A stretch of DNA of 64,000 bases from Anaerolineae bacterium. Lineage in GTDB: Bacteria > Chloroflexota > Anaerolineae > B4-G1 > DUEL01. The notes beneath the pieces were generated by a model that was not told the origin of the DNA, did no database searches, and worked only from the letters and a program-made list of their open reading frames with translations. The DNA lies in the NCBI GenBank assembly GCA_034434635.1, contig DAOTYX010000184.1:3880-67879 (forward strand), given 5' to 3'. How positions within the stretch are numbered: position 1 is the first letter of the stretch; the number at the start of each line of letters is the position of its first letter. The position numbers and the translations under genes are program-made. Shown here piece by piece: positions 39,867 to 47,742 of the stretch.

Positions 39867-40814
39867 ATGGAGCCATCATCCACACTCTGGGAGGCGCTTC
39901 TGCCGTCGGCGGTGGAGATCATCGAGGTGGGGCCGCGTGACGGCTTCCAGAACCTGCCCGACTTCATCCCGACGGCGGACAAGGTTCGCATCATCAACGC
40001 GCTTATCCGCGCGGGCATTCGCCGCATGGAGGTGACCTCTTTTGTCCACCCCAAGGCGGTGCCGCAGATGCGCGATGCCGCCGAGGTGCTGCAGGGGATC
40101 ACCCGCAATGGTTGCCAGTGTTTCGCCATGGCCCCTAACCTCAAAGGGGCGGAGCGTGCGATTGAGGCTGGTGCCGACATGCTCAATCTGGTCGTCTCGG
40201 CCAGCGATGCCCACAACCGCAGCAACGTGCGTATGGACGTGGAGGAGTCCCTGGCTGGCTTCCCGCCCGTGCTGGCTCTGGCCAGGGAGGCCGGAGTGCC
40301 GGTACGCGCCAGCATCGCCACGGTCTTCGGCTGCCCCTTTTCTGGGGAGGTACCGCTGACGCGGGTGATCGGGGTGGGTCAGCGGCTGGTGGAGATGGGA
40401 TGTGTCGAGTTGAACCTCTGCGATACGACCGGGATGGCCAATCCTCGCCAGGTGGCCCGCGTGGCCCAGGCGGTGCGGGCGGCTTTCCCCGCCACAAGAC
40501 TGACGATGCACTTTCACAACACCCGAGGCGCAGGCGCCGCTAACCTGCTGGCGGCCTTGCAGAATGGCATCACCTCTTTCGAGGCATCCTTCGGAGGCCT
40601 TGGCGGCTGTCCGTTCGCCCCGGGGGCCACGGGTAACGTCTGCACCGAGGACATGGTGCACATGTTGCACGAGATGGGCATAGCGACAGGAATTGACCTG
40701 CCAGCGCTGCTGGCGGCAGTGCAGGAGGCGGAACCGTTGCTCCACGTGCCACTGAGCGGGCAGGTCATCCGCGCTGGCCGCACCTGTGACCTTCATCCTC
40801 TCCCCACGGCTTGA
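39867..40814 (+). CDS. HMG-CoA-lyase-like DRE-TIM metallolyase (citramalyl-CoA / hydroxymethylglutaryl-CoA lyase family)
   Basis: EVGPRDGFQN...HFHNTRG motifs. Confidence 0.85.
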   Translation: MEPSSTLWEALLPSAVEIIEVGPRDGFQNLPDFIPTADKVRIINALIRAGIRRMEVTSFVHPKAVPQMRDAAEVLQGITRNGCQCFAMAPNLKGAERAIEAGADMLNLVVSASDAHNRSNVRMDVEESLAGFPPVLALAREAGVPVRASIATVFGCPFSGEVPLTRVIGVGQRLVEMGCVELNLCDTTGMANPRQVARVAQAVRAAFPATRLTMHFHNTRGAGAANLLAALQNGITSFEASFGGLGGCPFAPGATGNVCTEDMVHMLHEMGIATGIDLPALLAAVQEAEPLLHVPLSGQVIRAGRTCDLHPLPTA

Positions 40815-40850
40815 GTGGGGACAGCAATCCATGATGGGAAGGAGGAAGAT

Positions 40851-42206
40851 ATGAGTGTAGGGATGACAGCCACCCGCCTGACGGTGGCCGAGCGGCTCAA
40901 GGGGTTCGACGAGGTGGAGCAGGCTTTCAACCCCACCCAGGCTACCCTTGAGGCCAACCGCTGCCTGCTGTGCGACAACGCTCCCTGTAGCCAGGGTTGT
41001 CCGGCAGGCATTGACGTGCGCGGCTTCATCCGCAAGATCCGCTTCGGCGAGTACCGGGGCGGTGTCCGCTTGCTGCGGGAGGAGAACATCTTCGCCGGCA
41101 CCTGTGGGCGGGTCTGCCCTACCGAGGCGCTGTGCGAGCAGGCCTGCCGTAGCCAGGCGCTGACCGACCCCATCCGTATCGGCGCACTGCAACGTTTTCT
41201 GACCGACTGGGAGATGGCTGTAGGGCGGCGTCCGTTCGATCTGCCCCCAGCAACCCTCAAACCGGTCGCCGTCATCGGTGCCGGGCCGGCCGGGCTCTCC
41301 GCCGCTGCTCTCCTGCGGCAACTGGGCCACCCGGTCACCGTCTTCGAGAAAGAGGGATACGCTGGCGGGGCGTTGGTGAACAGCATTCCTGCCTTCAAAC
41401 TCCCCCGCGCCGTGGTAGACTACGAGGTCGGCCTGGTGCGCGATATGGGGGTGGACATCCGCCTCAATACCCCGGTTGATGAGCAGCGCACGCCGCAGCA
41501 GTTGCTGGAGCAGGGCTTCGGCGCGGTGCTGCTGGCCGTGGGGCTGCAGGAGTCCTACTCACTGGGCATCCCTGGGGAGGAGTTGGAAGGCGTGATCACT
41601 GCCCTCGAGGTGCTGCGGCTGGCCAACGGCCTCACCCCACAGCGACCGGTGCGTATCGGTCGGGACGTGGTGGTCATTGGTGGCGGCAGCGCCTCGATCA
41701 ATGCTGCCTGCGCCGCGCTCCGACTGGGAGCGGAGACCGTGACGGTCACCGCGCTGGGCACCCCGGCGGAGATGGACGCTTTCGAGAAGGACAAGCAGCA
41801 AGGGCTCGAGGAAGGCATCCAGTTCCTCTCCCGTGTGCGCCCCTTCCGCTTCCTGGGAGAGGGCGGCCGTGTAACGGGTGTGGAACTGAGACGTGTGACC
41901 TGGCGGGAACCGGGCCGCTTCACCCCAGATAACGCTGTGGATCTGCCCGCACCGTCGCTGGTATTGCTCGCCGACACTGTGGTCATCGCCATCGGCCAGC
42001 GGCCAGATGAGGGCTTCCGGCGTTGTATCCCCGAATTGCAAGCCGCAGCCAACGGTTGTCTCCTGGTAGATCCGGAGACGAAGGCCACGTCTCTGGAGGG
42101 CATCTTCGCTGCTGGCGACATCCTGGTGGGACGGCACACCGTGGTGCAGTCGGTGGCCGAAGGCAAGGCCGCGGCCCGCGCCATTCACGAGTACCTGAGC
42201 GCGTAG
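40851..42206 (+). CDS. preT: GltD/PreT-family FAD/NAD(P)H oxidoreductase with N-terminal FeS domain (dihydropyrimidine dehydrogenase PreT-like)
   Basis: CLLCDNAPCSQGCP / CGRVCP FeS motifs and VAVIGAGPAGLSAA Rossmann. ATG 40851 after GGAGG. Confidence 0.8.
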   Translation: MSVGMTATRLTVAERLKGFDEVEQAFNPTQATLEANRCLLCDNAPCSQGCPAGIDVRGFIRKIRFGEYRGGVRLLREENIFAGTCGRVCPTEALCEQACRSQALTDPIRIGALQRFLTDWEMAVGRRPFDLPPATLKPVAVIGAGPAGLSAAALLRQLGHPVTVFEKEGYAGGALVNSIPAFKLPRAVVDYEVGLVRDMGVDIRLNTPVDEQRTPQQLLEQGFGAVLLAVGLQESYSLGIPGEELEGVITALEVLRLANGLTPQRPVRIGRDVVVIGGGSASINAACAALRLGAETVTVTALGTPAEMDAFEKDKQQGLEEGIQFLSRVRPFRFLGEGGRVTGVELRRVTWREPGRFTPDNAVDLPAPSLVLLADTVVIAIGQRPDEGFRRCIPELQAAANGCLLVDPETKATSLEGIFAAGDILVGRHTVVQSVAEGKAAARAIHEYLSA

Positions 42207-42217
42207 AGGAGGTAGAC

Positions 42218-43432
42218 ATGTCTCTCTATAAACTACCTGCAGTGGACCTGTCTGTCGAATACGCGGGTCTCCGCTTCGATAGTCCCTTCATCCTGGCCTC
42301 TGCGCCTCCTACCGACACCTACGAGATGGTGCGTGATGCCTTCCGCGCTGGCTGGGCCGGGGCGGTGCTCAAGACGACCTCGATGGAGGACTACGTCGTG
42401 GACATCGCCTACCCTTGCATCGCCGGCGTGCGCCACCAGGGCAGCCTCTTCGGCCTGGGCAACATTGACAACATCTCCGAGTTTCATATGGACAAGATGG
42501 AACAGGCCGTGCGGCTTCTGAAGGAGGAGTTTCCGGAGAAGATCGTGGCCACCAGCATCTGGGGCACCGACAAGGCTTCCTGGCAGATGCTGACCCGTCG
42601 CTCCATCGCTGCGGGGGCGGATTACCTGGAGGTCTCCATGTCCTGCCCCACCGACTCCCCCTTCGAGGGGACGCACCTGATGATCGGTCAGGTGCCGGAT
42701 GAAGCCTACAAGATCGTCCGATGGATCGTCGAGGCGGCGGATGGCCTGCCGGTGGTGCCCAAACTGACGTCGCAGGTCACCGACATCCTCTCCATCACCC
42801 GTGCGGTCAAAGAGGCCGGAGCCGCGGCGTTGACCGCCTGTGACTCGGTGCACGGCATCATCGGCATTGACCTGGAGACCTTCGCCCCGCTGCCGATCAT
42901 CGAGGGCAAGGGCACCTTCGCCGGCATGGTTGGCCCCATCCTCAAGCCGTTCGAACTGCGGGTGCTGGCGACCCTTGGCATGGGACAGGGGCTCAAGGTG
43001 GCTGCCAGCGGTGGCGCGACCACCTGGCAGGATGCCGCCGAGTATATGGCGGCGGGGGCCACGCTGGTGCAGTTCTGCACGGCGGTGATGCTCTATGGCG
43101 TGGGCATCATTGACGACCTGAAAGAAGGCCTGGCCTACTTCCTGGAGTCGAAAGGAATGCGTTCGGCGCAGGAACTGGTGGGGCGGGCACTGCCCAACAT
43201 TGTCCCTCAACCCGACCTGAACCCCATCAAGCATGCGGTGGCCTTCGTGGACCGCGAACGGTGTACTCGTTGTGGTCGGTGTGTGATCTCCTGCCAGGAT
43301 GGCGGTCATCGCGCCTATATCATCACCGCCGACGGCTACCCGGAGGTAGACAAAGACAAGTGCTACGGCTGCGGGCTGTGTCCTGACGTCTGCCCGGCGC
43401 AGTGTATCTCCCTGCTGCCGCGCCAGGTCTGA
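42218..43432 (+). CDS. preA: PreA-like DHOD-fold FMN / 2x[4Fe-4S] subunit (copy 2), partner of PreT
   Basis: DHOD-like barrel plus CTRCGRCVISC / CYGCGLCPDVCP. ATG 42218 after AGGAGG. Confidence 0.8.
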   Translation: MSLYKLPAVDLSVEYAGLRFDSPFILASAPPTDTYEMVRDAFRAGWAGAVLKTTSMEDYVVDIAYPCIAGVRHQGSLFGLGNIDNISEFHMDKMEQAVRLLKEEFPEKIVATSIWGTDKASWQMLTRRSIAAGADYLEVSMSCPTDSPFEGTHLMIGQVPDEAYKIVRWIVEAADGLPVVPKLTSQVTDILSITRAVKEAGAAALTACDSVHGIIGIDLETFAPLPIIEGKGTFAGMVGPILKPFELRVLATLGMGQGLKVAASGGATTWQDAAEYMAAGATLVQFCTAVMLYGVGIIDDLKEGLAYFLESKGMRSAQELVGRALPNIVPQPDLNPIKHAVAFVDRERCTRCGRCVISCQDGGHRAYIITADGYPEVDKDKCYGCGLCPDVCPAQCISLLPRQV

Positions 43433-43466
43433 GGGTCGGGCAGTAAGGGCCTATCCGAATGACCCT

Positions 43467-43499
43467 GTAACCGACGCATCCCTATGCGTTGGCGGGCGG
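43467..43499 (+). repeat. Solitary REP-like palindromic element (GTAACCGACGCATCCCTATGCGTTGGCGGGCGG), same family as the array at 49.8 kb
   Basis: Direct sequence identity to the array unit core. Confidence 0.7.
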
Positions 43500-43620
43500 T
43501 TCTTGGGAGACCGCCCTCTGGCGCTTCGGATGGGCGGTAGGAGCGCCGGCCGGCCTGTGTACCTGGTGATGGAGCGCCAGGTGTGTCGTGACCGTGTCTT
43601 CCGTCACCTCGAGCCGTGCG

Positions 43621-43657
43621 CAGAAAAAAGAGAGGGCCGGGATACCCCCGGCCCTCT
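43621..43657 (-). terminator. Rho-independent terminator for the sigma/anti-sigma operon (11-bp GC stem AGAGGGCCGGG/CCCGGCCCTCT followed by T-run on minus strand)
   Basis: On the minus strand the hairpin is followed by CTTTTTTCTG. It also lies 3' of the convergent + operon. Confidence 0.7.
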
Positions 43658-43671
43658 TGCTGTCGTGCGCT

Positions 43672-44688
43672 CTACGGGTTGGACTCGGTGGGGCCTTCCC
43701 CTGCCTCTGCCGGCACCATTGACATGGCAATCCTGAGCATCTCTTCCTCCGGCAGGTTCGAGAGCATCTCGATCCGGATGTTGCCAGTATACCAGATGAG
43801 CTGCTTGCCATCTGTGTAGGAGACGGTCTCGGCAGACCCAACCCCCGGTTCCAAAGCCACCACCTGGTCCGGCCCGGACGGCGAGGCGACAGGAGCCGAG
43901 GGAGTTGGCGGGATGGAGACGAAAGAGACCTGCCCTTCCAGACCGGTGATCAACACCGCTGGCTGGCCGTTGACCGTCACGTTTGCGCCAGCAGGCAAGG
44001 ATCTGTCGTCATCAGGGGACGACAACCGCTCATCAATGATGAGAATCTGATGGGTGGCGCTGTTCCAGTAGTTCAGGCTTGCCGCTTCCGGATTCAATCC
44101 TACGGCCATCGCCTCAAAACCATCCGGCAGATAGGCCGGACGCAGCGGCGTGAACTCCACCGAACCTGGGATAGATGCTACCGAACTTGGGACGGACACC
44201 TCTTCCCCCCCCGCAGGGCTCTCAAAGCGGAACCACCTGAGGAGCTCTCCCACCTGCGCCCGCACCGACGGAACGAAACCCGCCGTCCCGAGGACGATGA
44301 GCAGGGCTGCGATAGCGACCAGAGCAAGCCTTTTCTTCATCATCACACCTCCGAGGATTTGATTGATGTGGCCAACACCTTTCGACAGGCTCAGGGTACC
44401 GCCTGGCGCCAGACGGTGAAGCCATGTCGGGAGCCATGATGGTGAGGGGCGCGCTTCCCTCGCCAGCCTCGCCCGCAGGCGGCTCCAGACCTGTGGCGAA
44501 GGGACTGCCTGGGCAGCCCTGACTTGAAGGGACCGGCTGATGCGGCTCTGCAGCGCCGATAGAGCAGCCAGTTCCCGCTGACAGGCATCACACCCGGCCA
44601 GGTGAGCCTGGATCAATGCACGCTCTGAAGGGGTCACCTCATGATCCAGATAGGCAACCAGCAACTTGTTCACTTCCTGACATGTCAT
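43672..44688 (-). CDS. Anti-sigma factor (N-terminal zf-HC2, TM segment, extracytoplasmic domain)
   Basis: MTCQEVNKLLVAYLDHEV...HLAGCDACQ zinc-finger motif, hydrophobic segment, Pro/Ser-rich C-terminus. Confidence 0.85.
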   Translation of the reverse strand: MTCQEVNKLLVAYLDHEVTPSERALIQAHLAGCDACQRELAALSALQSRISRSLQVRAAQAVPSPQVWSRLRARLAREARPSPSWLPTWLHRLAPGGTLSLSKGVGHINQILGGVMMKKRLALVAIAALLIVLGTAGFVPSVRAQVGELLRWFRFESPAGGEEVSVPSSVASIPGSVEFTPLRPAYLPDGFEAMAVGLNPEAASLNYWNSATHQILIIDERLSSPDDDRSLPAGANVTVNGQPAVLITGLEGQVSFVSIPPTPSAPVASPSGPDQVVALEPGVGSAETVSYTDGKQLIWYTGNIRIEMLSNLPEEEMLRIAMSMVPAEAGEGPTESNP

Positions 44689-45254
44689 TTCGCCACCTCT
44701 CTTTGGGACACAGCGCGCAGGACTGGGGCATCTTCTGTCAGCGTTCCCAGTTCTTTGTGCAGGGTCTTGAGAGCCAGATCGAGCCGTGATTTGACCGTAC
44801 CCACAGGGATATTCAGGATTTGCGCGATGTCAGCGTATGAGAGTTCCAGGTAGTAGCGCAGGATCACGACCGCGCGCAGTTTGTCGCTCAACCGCCTCAG
44901 TGCCTGCTGGATCACCTCCTCATCCTCCAGTCGGTTCTGGAAGAAGGATGGTCGGTCTGGCGACATGGGCGGAACTTTGTCCAGCGAGATGAAGGGAAGA
45001 CGGCGCTTTCGCCGCCAACTGACGCAACGGTTCACCGTAATGCGATACAGCCATGTCGTGAAGGAGCCTTTTGACGGTTCAAAAGTGGAGAGAAACCTGT
45101 GTACCTGGAGGAAGACCTCCTGGAGCACATCCTCGGCTTCCTCAGCGCTGCCCAGCATCAGGTAGGCGGTCTTGTAGACCAGGTTTTTGTACTGATGGAA
45201 GAGAGTGGCGAAAGCCTCTTCATCCCCTGTCTGGCAGCGGCGTATCAGGTCCAC
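44685..45254 (-). CDS. ECF-subfamily RNA polymerase sigma-70 factor
   Basis: Sigma region 2 (LVYKTAYLMLGSAEEAEDVLQEVFLQV) and region 4 (LSYADIAQILNIPVGTVKSRL). Stop overlaps the anti-sigma start (ATGA). Confidence 0.9.
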   Translation of the reverse strand: MDLIRRCQTGDEEAFATLFHQYKNLVYKTAYLMLGSAEEAEDVLQEVFLQVHRFLSTFEPSKGSFTTWLYRITVNRCVSWRRKRRLPFISLDKVPPMSPDRPSFFQNRLEDEEVIQQALRRLSDKLRAVVILRYYLELSYADIAQILNIPVGTVKSRLDLALKTLHKELGTLTEDAPVLRAVSQREVAK

Positions 45255-45297
45255 GCTCTTGTCTCCTTGAGGTCGCGGTTCTGCTAAATTATACGCC

Positions 45298-45328
45298 GTT
45301 TTCGAATCGGAAGTTCGGAAACATACGC
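45298..45328 (-). promoter_or_regulatory. ECF-type autoregulatory promoter candidate (minus strand: CCGAACTT -17- CGTATAAT)
   Basis: GAAC...CGT spacing matches ECF -35/-10 architecture; 44-nt leader with AAGGAG RBS. Confidence 0.5.
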
Positions 45329-45490
45329 AGGTCGTAACCGCTCAGGCTGGCCGTTGAAACCGCGCCCGCTCTCTGCCTCCGAACGTTCGTAGGGCGGGAC
45401 CCTACGTGTCAAGTCAAATGATAATGTCACTGTGGCGTCCGTACTCTTTTCGTAGGACTTGCGCAGTTGGCGGATAAACCTTTGAAATTC

Positions 45491-45568
45491 GCCACGAATT
45501 TCACGAATGGACACGAATTTCGCCTCTCTCCATCCGTGAAATTCGCGCAATTCGTGGCAATAAAGATC
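45491..45568. promoter_or_regulatory. Compound repeat/operator-like element: three tandem CACGAAT(T/G) decamers plus nested inverted repeats (GCCACGAATT...AATTCGTGGC; CGAATTTCACG...CGTGAAATTCG)
   Basis: Read directly from 45488-45570; lies about 240 bp upstream of the sigma gene. Confidence 0.45.
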
Positions 45569-45654
45569 AACTGCGTAACTTCTATCGTTAAGGTTAGGGG
45601 CCTGGCGCGACTCAAAGTCGGCCCCACGTCGGAATGAACGACAGCCAGATGCTT

Positions 45655-45695
45655 GCCGTGTCAAGGGCACAGAGCGAAGCGTCCCTTGACACGGC
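45655..45695. other. 13-bp-arm inverted repeat (GCCGTGTCAAGGG...CCCTTGACACGGC)
   Basis: Direct observation; function unknown. Confidence 0.4.
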
Positions 45696-46035
45696 CAAGC
45701 ACCTGGCTAAAGTGAAAGAGGCGTTGGGCCGCCGGTGAGCAGGTCGGGCCTTGTTGTGACCGGCTACCGTTTGAGTTCGGTACGCTCGAAAGCCAATTGC
45801 AGTTCATCGTCTCCTTTCGGCCGATTGTGGGCCAAGGTTAAGCGAACGTCCTCGGTGTGGTCAGAGGAGATGCCAGGGAGGAGGAAGACCTGCTCGATGG
45901 CGTCGTAGATTTCTTGGCGCAGGCGGCGCGGGTTGGTGGCATCACGTTAGTGAATACGTGGCATGGCTGAACAGTCCGGATGTGCTATAATTGGAACCTG
46001 CGGAAGGGGAGGGTGAGAGGGGGGCTGAGGAGGCT

Positions 46036-47022
46036 ATGAAGGGACGACAGGTTCTGGCTGCTGTGATGGTCGCTGCTGCGCTGGCGCTGAGTGGCTGCGG
46101 CTTCCTGATCACGCCGGAAGGGACCCCTGGCCCGTCCGTCGCGCCGACGGGGGGCGCGCCGCCGGCCACGCCGCTGGCGTCGCCGGTGGAAGAGTCCTAC
46201 GTGCCGCCGCCGGCCACCGCTGCGCCCACCGTCACGCCGACGCCCATCTTTTACGAGGTGCAGTCGGGGGACACCCTGGGGGGCATCGCCCTGGCCTACG
46301 GGGTCAGCGTGCAGGCGCTGCAGGTTGCCAACGGCATTGACAACCCGCTCCTCTTGCAGCCAGGGCAGGTGCTCATCATCCCCACGGGGGACGAGGCGGC
46401 CGGGCTGTCGCCAGGCCTGCTCCTGCCTACGCCCACCCCGATGACCTTCGTCATTCGTGGGGTGAGCTTCTACGAGACTCCAGTGGGCAGCCTGTGGTGC
46501 CTGGGGGAGGTGTTCAACGGCACCGCCATCACGCTCACCAACGTGCAGGTGCAGGTGACGCTGTACGATGCCGCCGGGGTGCCGCTCGTCAGCGGCGACG
46601 CCTTTGCGGCGGCTGACCTCGTGCCTCCTGAGGGACGGGCCCCCTTCAGCCTGCTGTTCAGTTCACCGCCCCCTGGCTTTGTCAGCCATAGCGCGCTGCC
46701 TCTGCGCGGGGAGCCGGCGGGGGAACTGGTCGCCAACTACCTGTCCATTGCTGTAGAGGGGGTCAGCGGCGCACCCTCTGGCCCGCAGTTTCGGGTGAGC
46801 GGGACGGTGCGCAATGGCGACCCCGTGCGCACGGCGACGGAGGTGACCGTCGTCGCTACGACCTATGACGCGGAAGGGCGGGTCAGCGGCTACCGTCAGC
46901 AGCGGCTGGAGGTGGGCGAGGGCCTGGCTCCGGGAGCGACGATCCCCTTCGAGTTGCTGTTCAGCGTCTACGGGGGCGAGCCGGCCGATTTCTCGGTGAT
47001 CGCCTTCGGGCGCACAACGTAA
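46036..47022 (+). CDS. LysM-domain lipoprotein with C-terminal beta-rich domain
   Basis: Signal peptide plus LSGC lipobox, Pro-rich linker, LysM (YEVQSGDTLGGIALAYGVSVQALQVANGI). ATG 46036 after GAGGAGG. Confidence 0.8.
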   Translation: MKGRQVLAAVMVAAALALSGCGFLITPEGTPGPSVAPTGGAPPATPLASPVEESYVPPPATAAPTVTPTPIFYEVQSGDTLGGIALAYGVSVQALQVANGIDNPLLLQPGQVLIIPTGDEAAGLSPGLLLPTPTPMTFVIRGVSFYETPVGSLWCLGEVFNGTAITLTNVQVQVTLYDAAGVPLVSGDAFAAADLVPPEGRAPFSLLFSSPPPGFVSHSALPLRGEPAGELVANYLSIAVEGVSGAPSGPQFRVSGTVRNGDPVRTATEVTVVATTYDAEGRVSGYRQQRLEVGEGLAPGATIPFELLFSVYGGEPADFSVIAFGRTT

Positions 47023-47062
47023 CCAACCCCACAAGTGCCTGGCACCTTCGGGAGGAGTCGAG

Positions 47063-47686
47063 ATGTTACGCGTGCTGAAAGCCATCGTCCGCCTGCTCTT
47101 GCCCCTGCTGATGCGGATCGAGGTCGTGGGGAGAGAGAACTTCCCGCCGCAGGGGCCGTACATCCTGGTCACCAATCATCTGTCGGCCTATGACACGCCG
47201 TTGCTCCTGGTGGTCTGCCCGCACCCCATCCGCGCCTTTGCCGCCTCCAAACATCGGCGCAACCCGTTCTACTTTGTGGTGCTGAGCATGGCCGGTTCCA
47301 TCTGGGTGCGGCGGGGGGAGATTGACCGGCAGGCGCTGCGGGGGGCGATGGGGGTGCTCGGACGGGGCGAGGTGCTGGGGATGGCACCAGAGGGGACGCG
47401 GGCGCGCCAGGTTTACGCCCTGGGTCCGGGGAAGACCGGGGCGGCTTACCTGGCCACTCGCGCGGACGTGCCCATCGTCCCCGTTGGCCTGACCGGGACG
47501 GAGAAGATCAAGCAGAACCTGCCTCGCCTGAGGCGCACGCCGGTGCGCGTGGTGATCGGCGAGCCGTTCCGCCTGCCCGCGAGCGGGCGGGTGCGCGGCC
47601 CCGCGCTGGATGAGTACACTGACCTCATCATGCGGCGCATCGCCGCGCTGCTGCCGCCCGAGTATCGCGGGGTGTATGGGCCGTAG
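47063..47686 (+). CDS. 1-acyl-sn-glycerol-3-phosphate (lysophospholipid) acyltransferase, PlsC-like
   Basis: NHLSAYD (HxxxxD) and PEGTR motifs. Confidence 0.85.
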   Translation: MLRVLKAIVRLLLPLLMRIEVVGRENFPPQGPYILVTNHLSAYDTPLLLVVCPHPIRAFAASKHRRNPFYFVVLSMAGSIWVRRGEIDRQALRGAMGVLGRGEVLGMAPEGTRARQVYALGPGKTGAAYLATRADVPIVPVGLTGTEKIKQNLPRLRRTPVRVVIGEPFRLPASGRVRGPALDEYTDLIMRRIAALLPPEYRGVYGP

Positions 47687-47742
47687 GGCTGGTGCCCCCT
47701 GCCCCCCTGTCGTCCGTGGTCTGTTGTCTGTGGTCCGCTGGT

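Noticed and set aside
45284-45670. 128-aa minus-strand ORF in the low-GC island
   Set aside because: No RBS, low-complexity Arg-rich product, and overlaps the repeat/operator element and the putative sigma promoter. Likely non-coding.
43400-47100. Mobile element / integrated island
   Set aside because: No integrase, transposase, direct-repeat flanks or tRNA-adjacent attachment site. The low-GC stretch is only 0.8 kb and non-coding.
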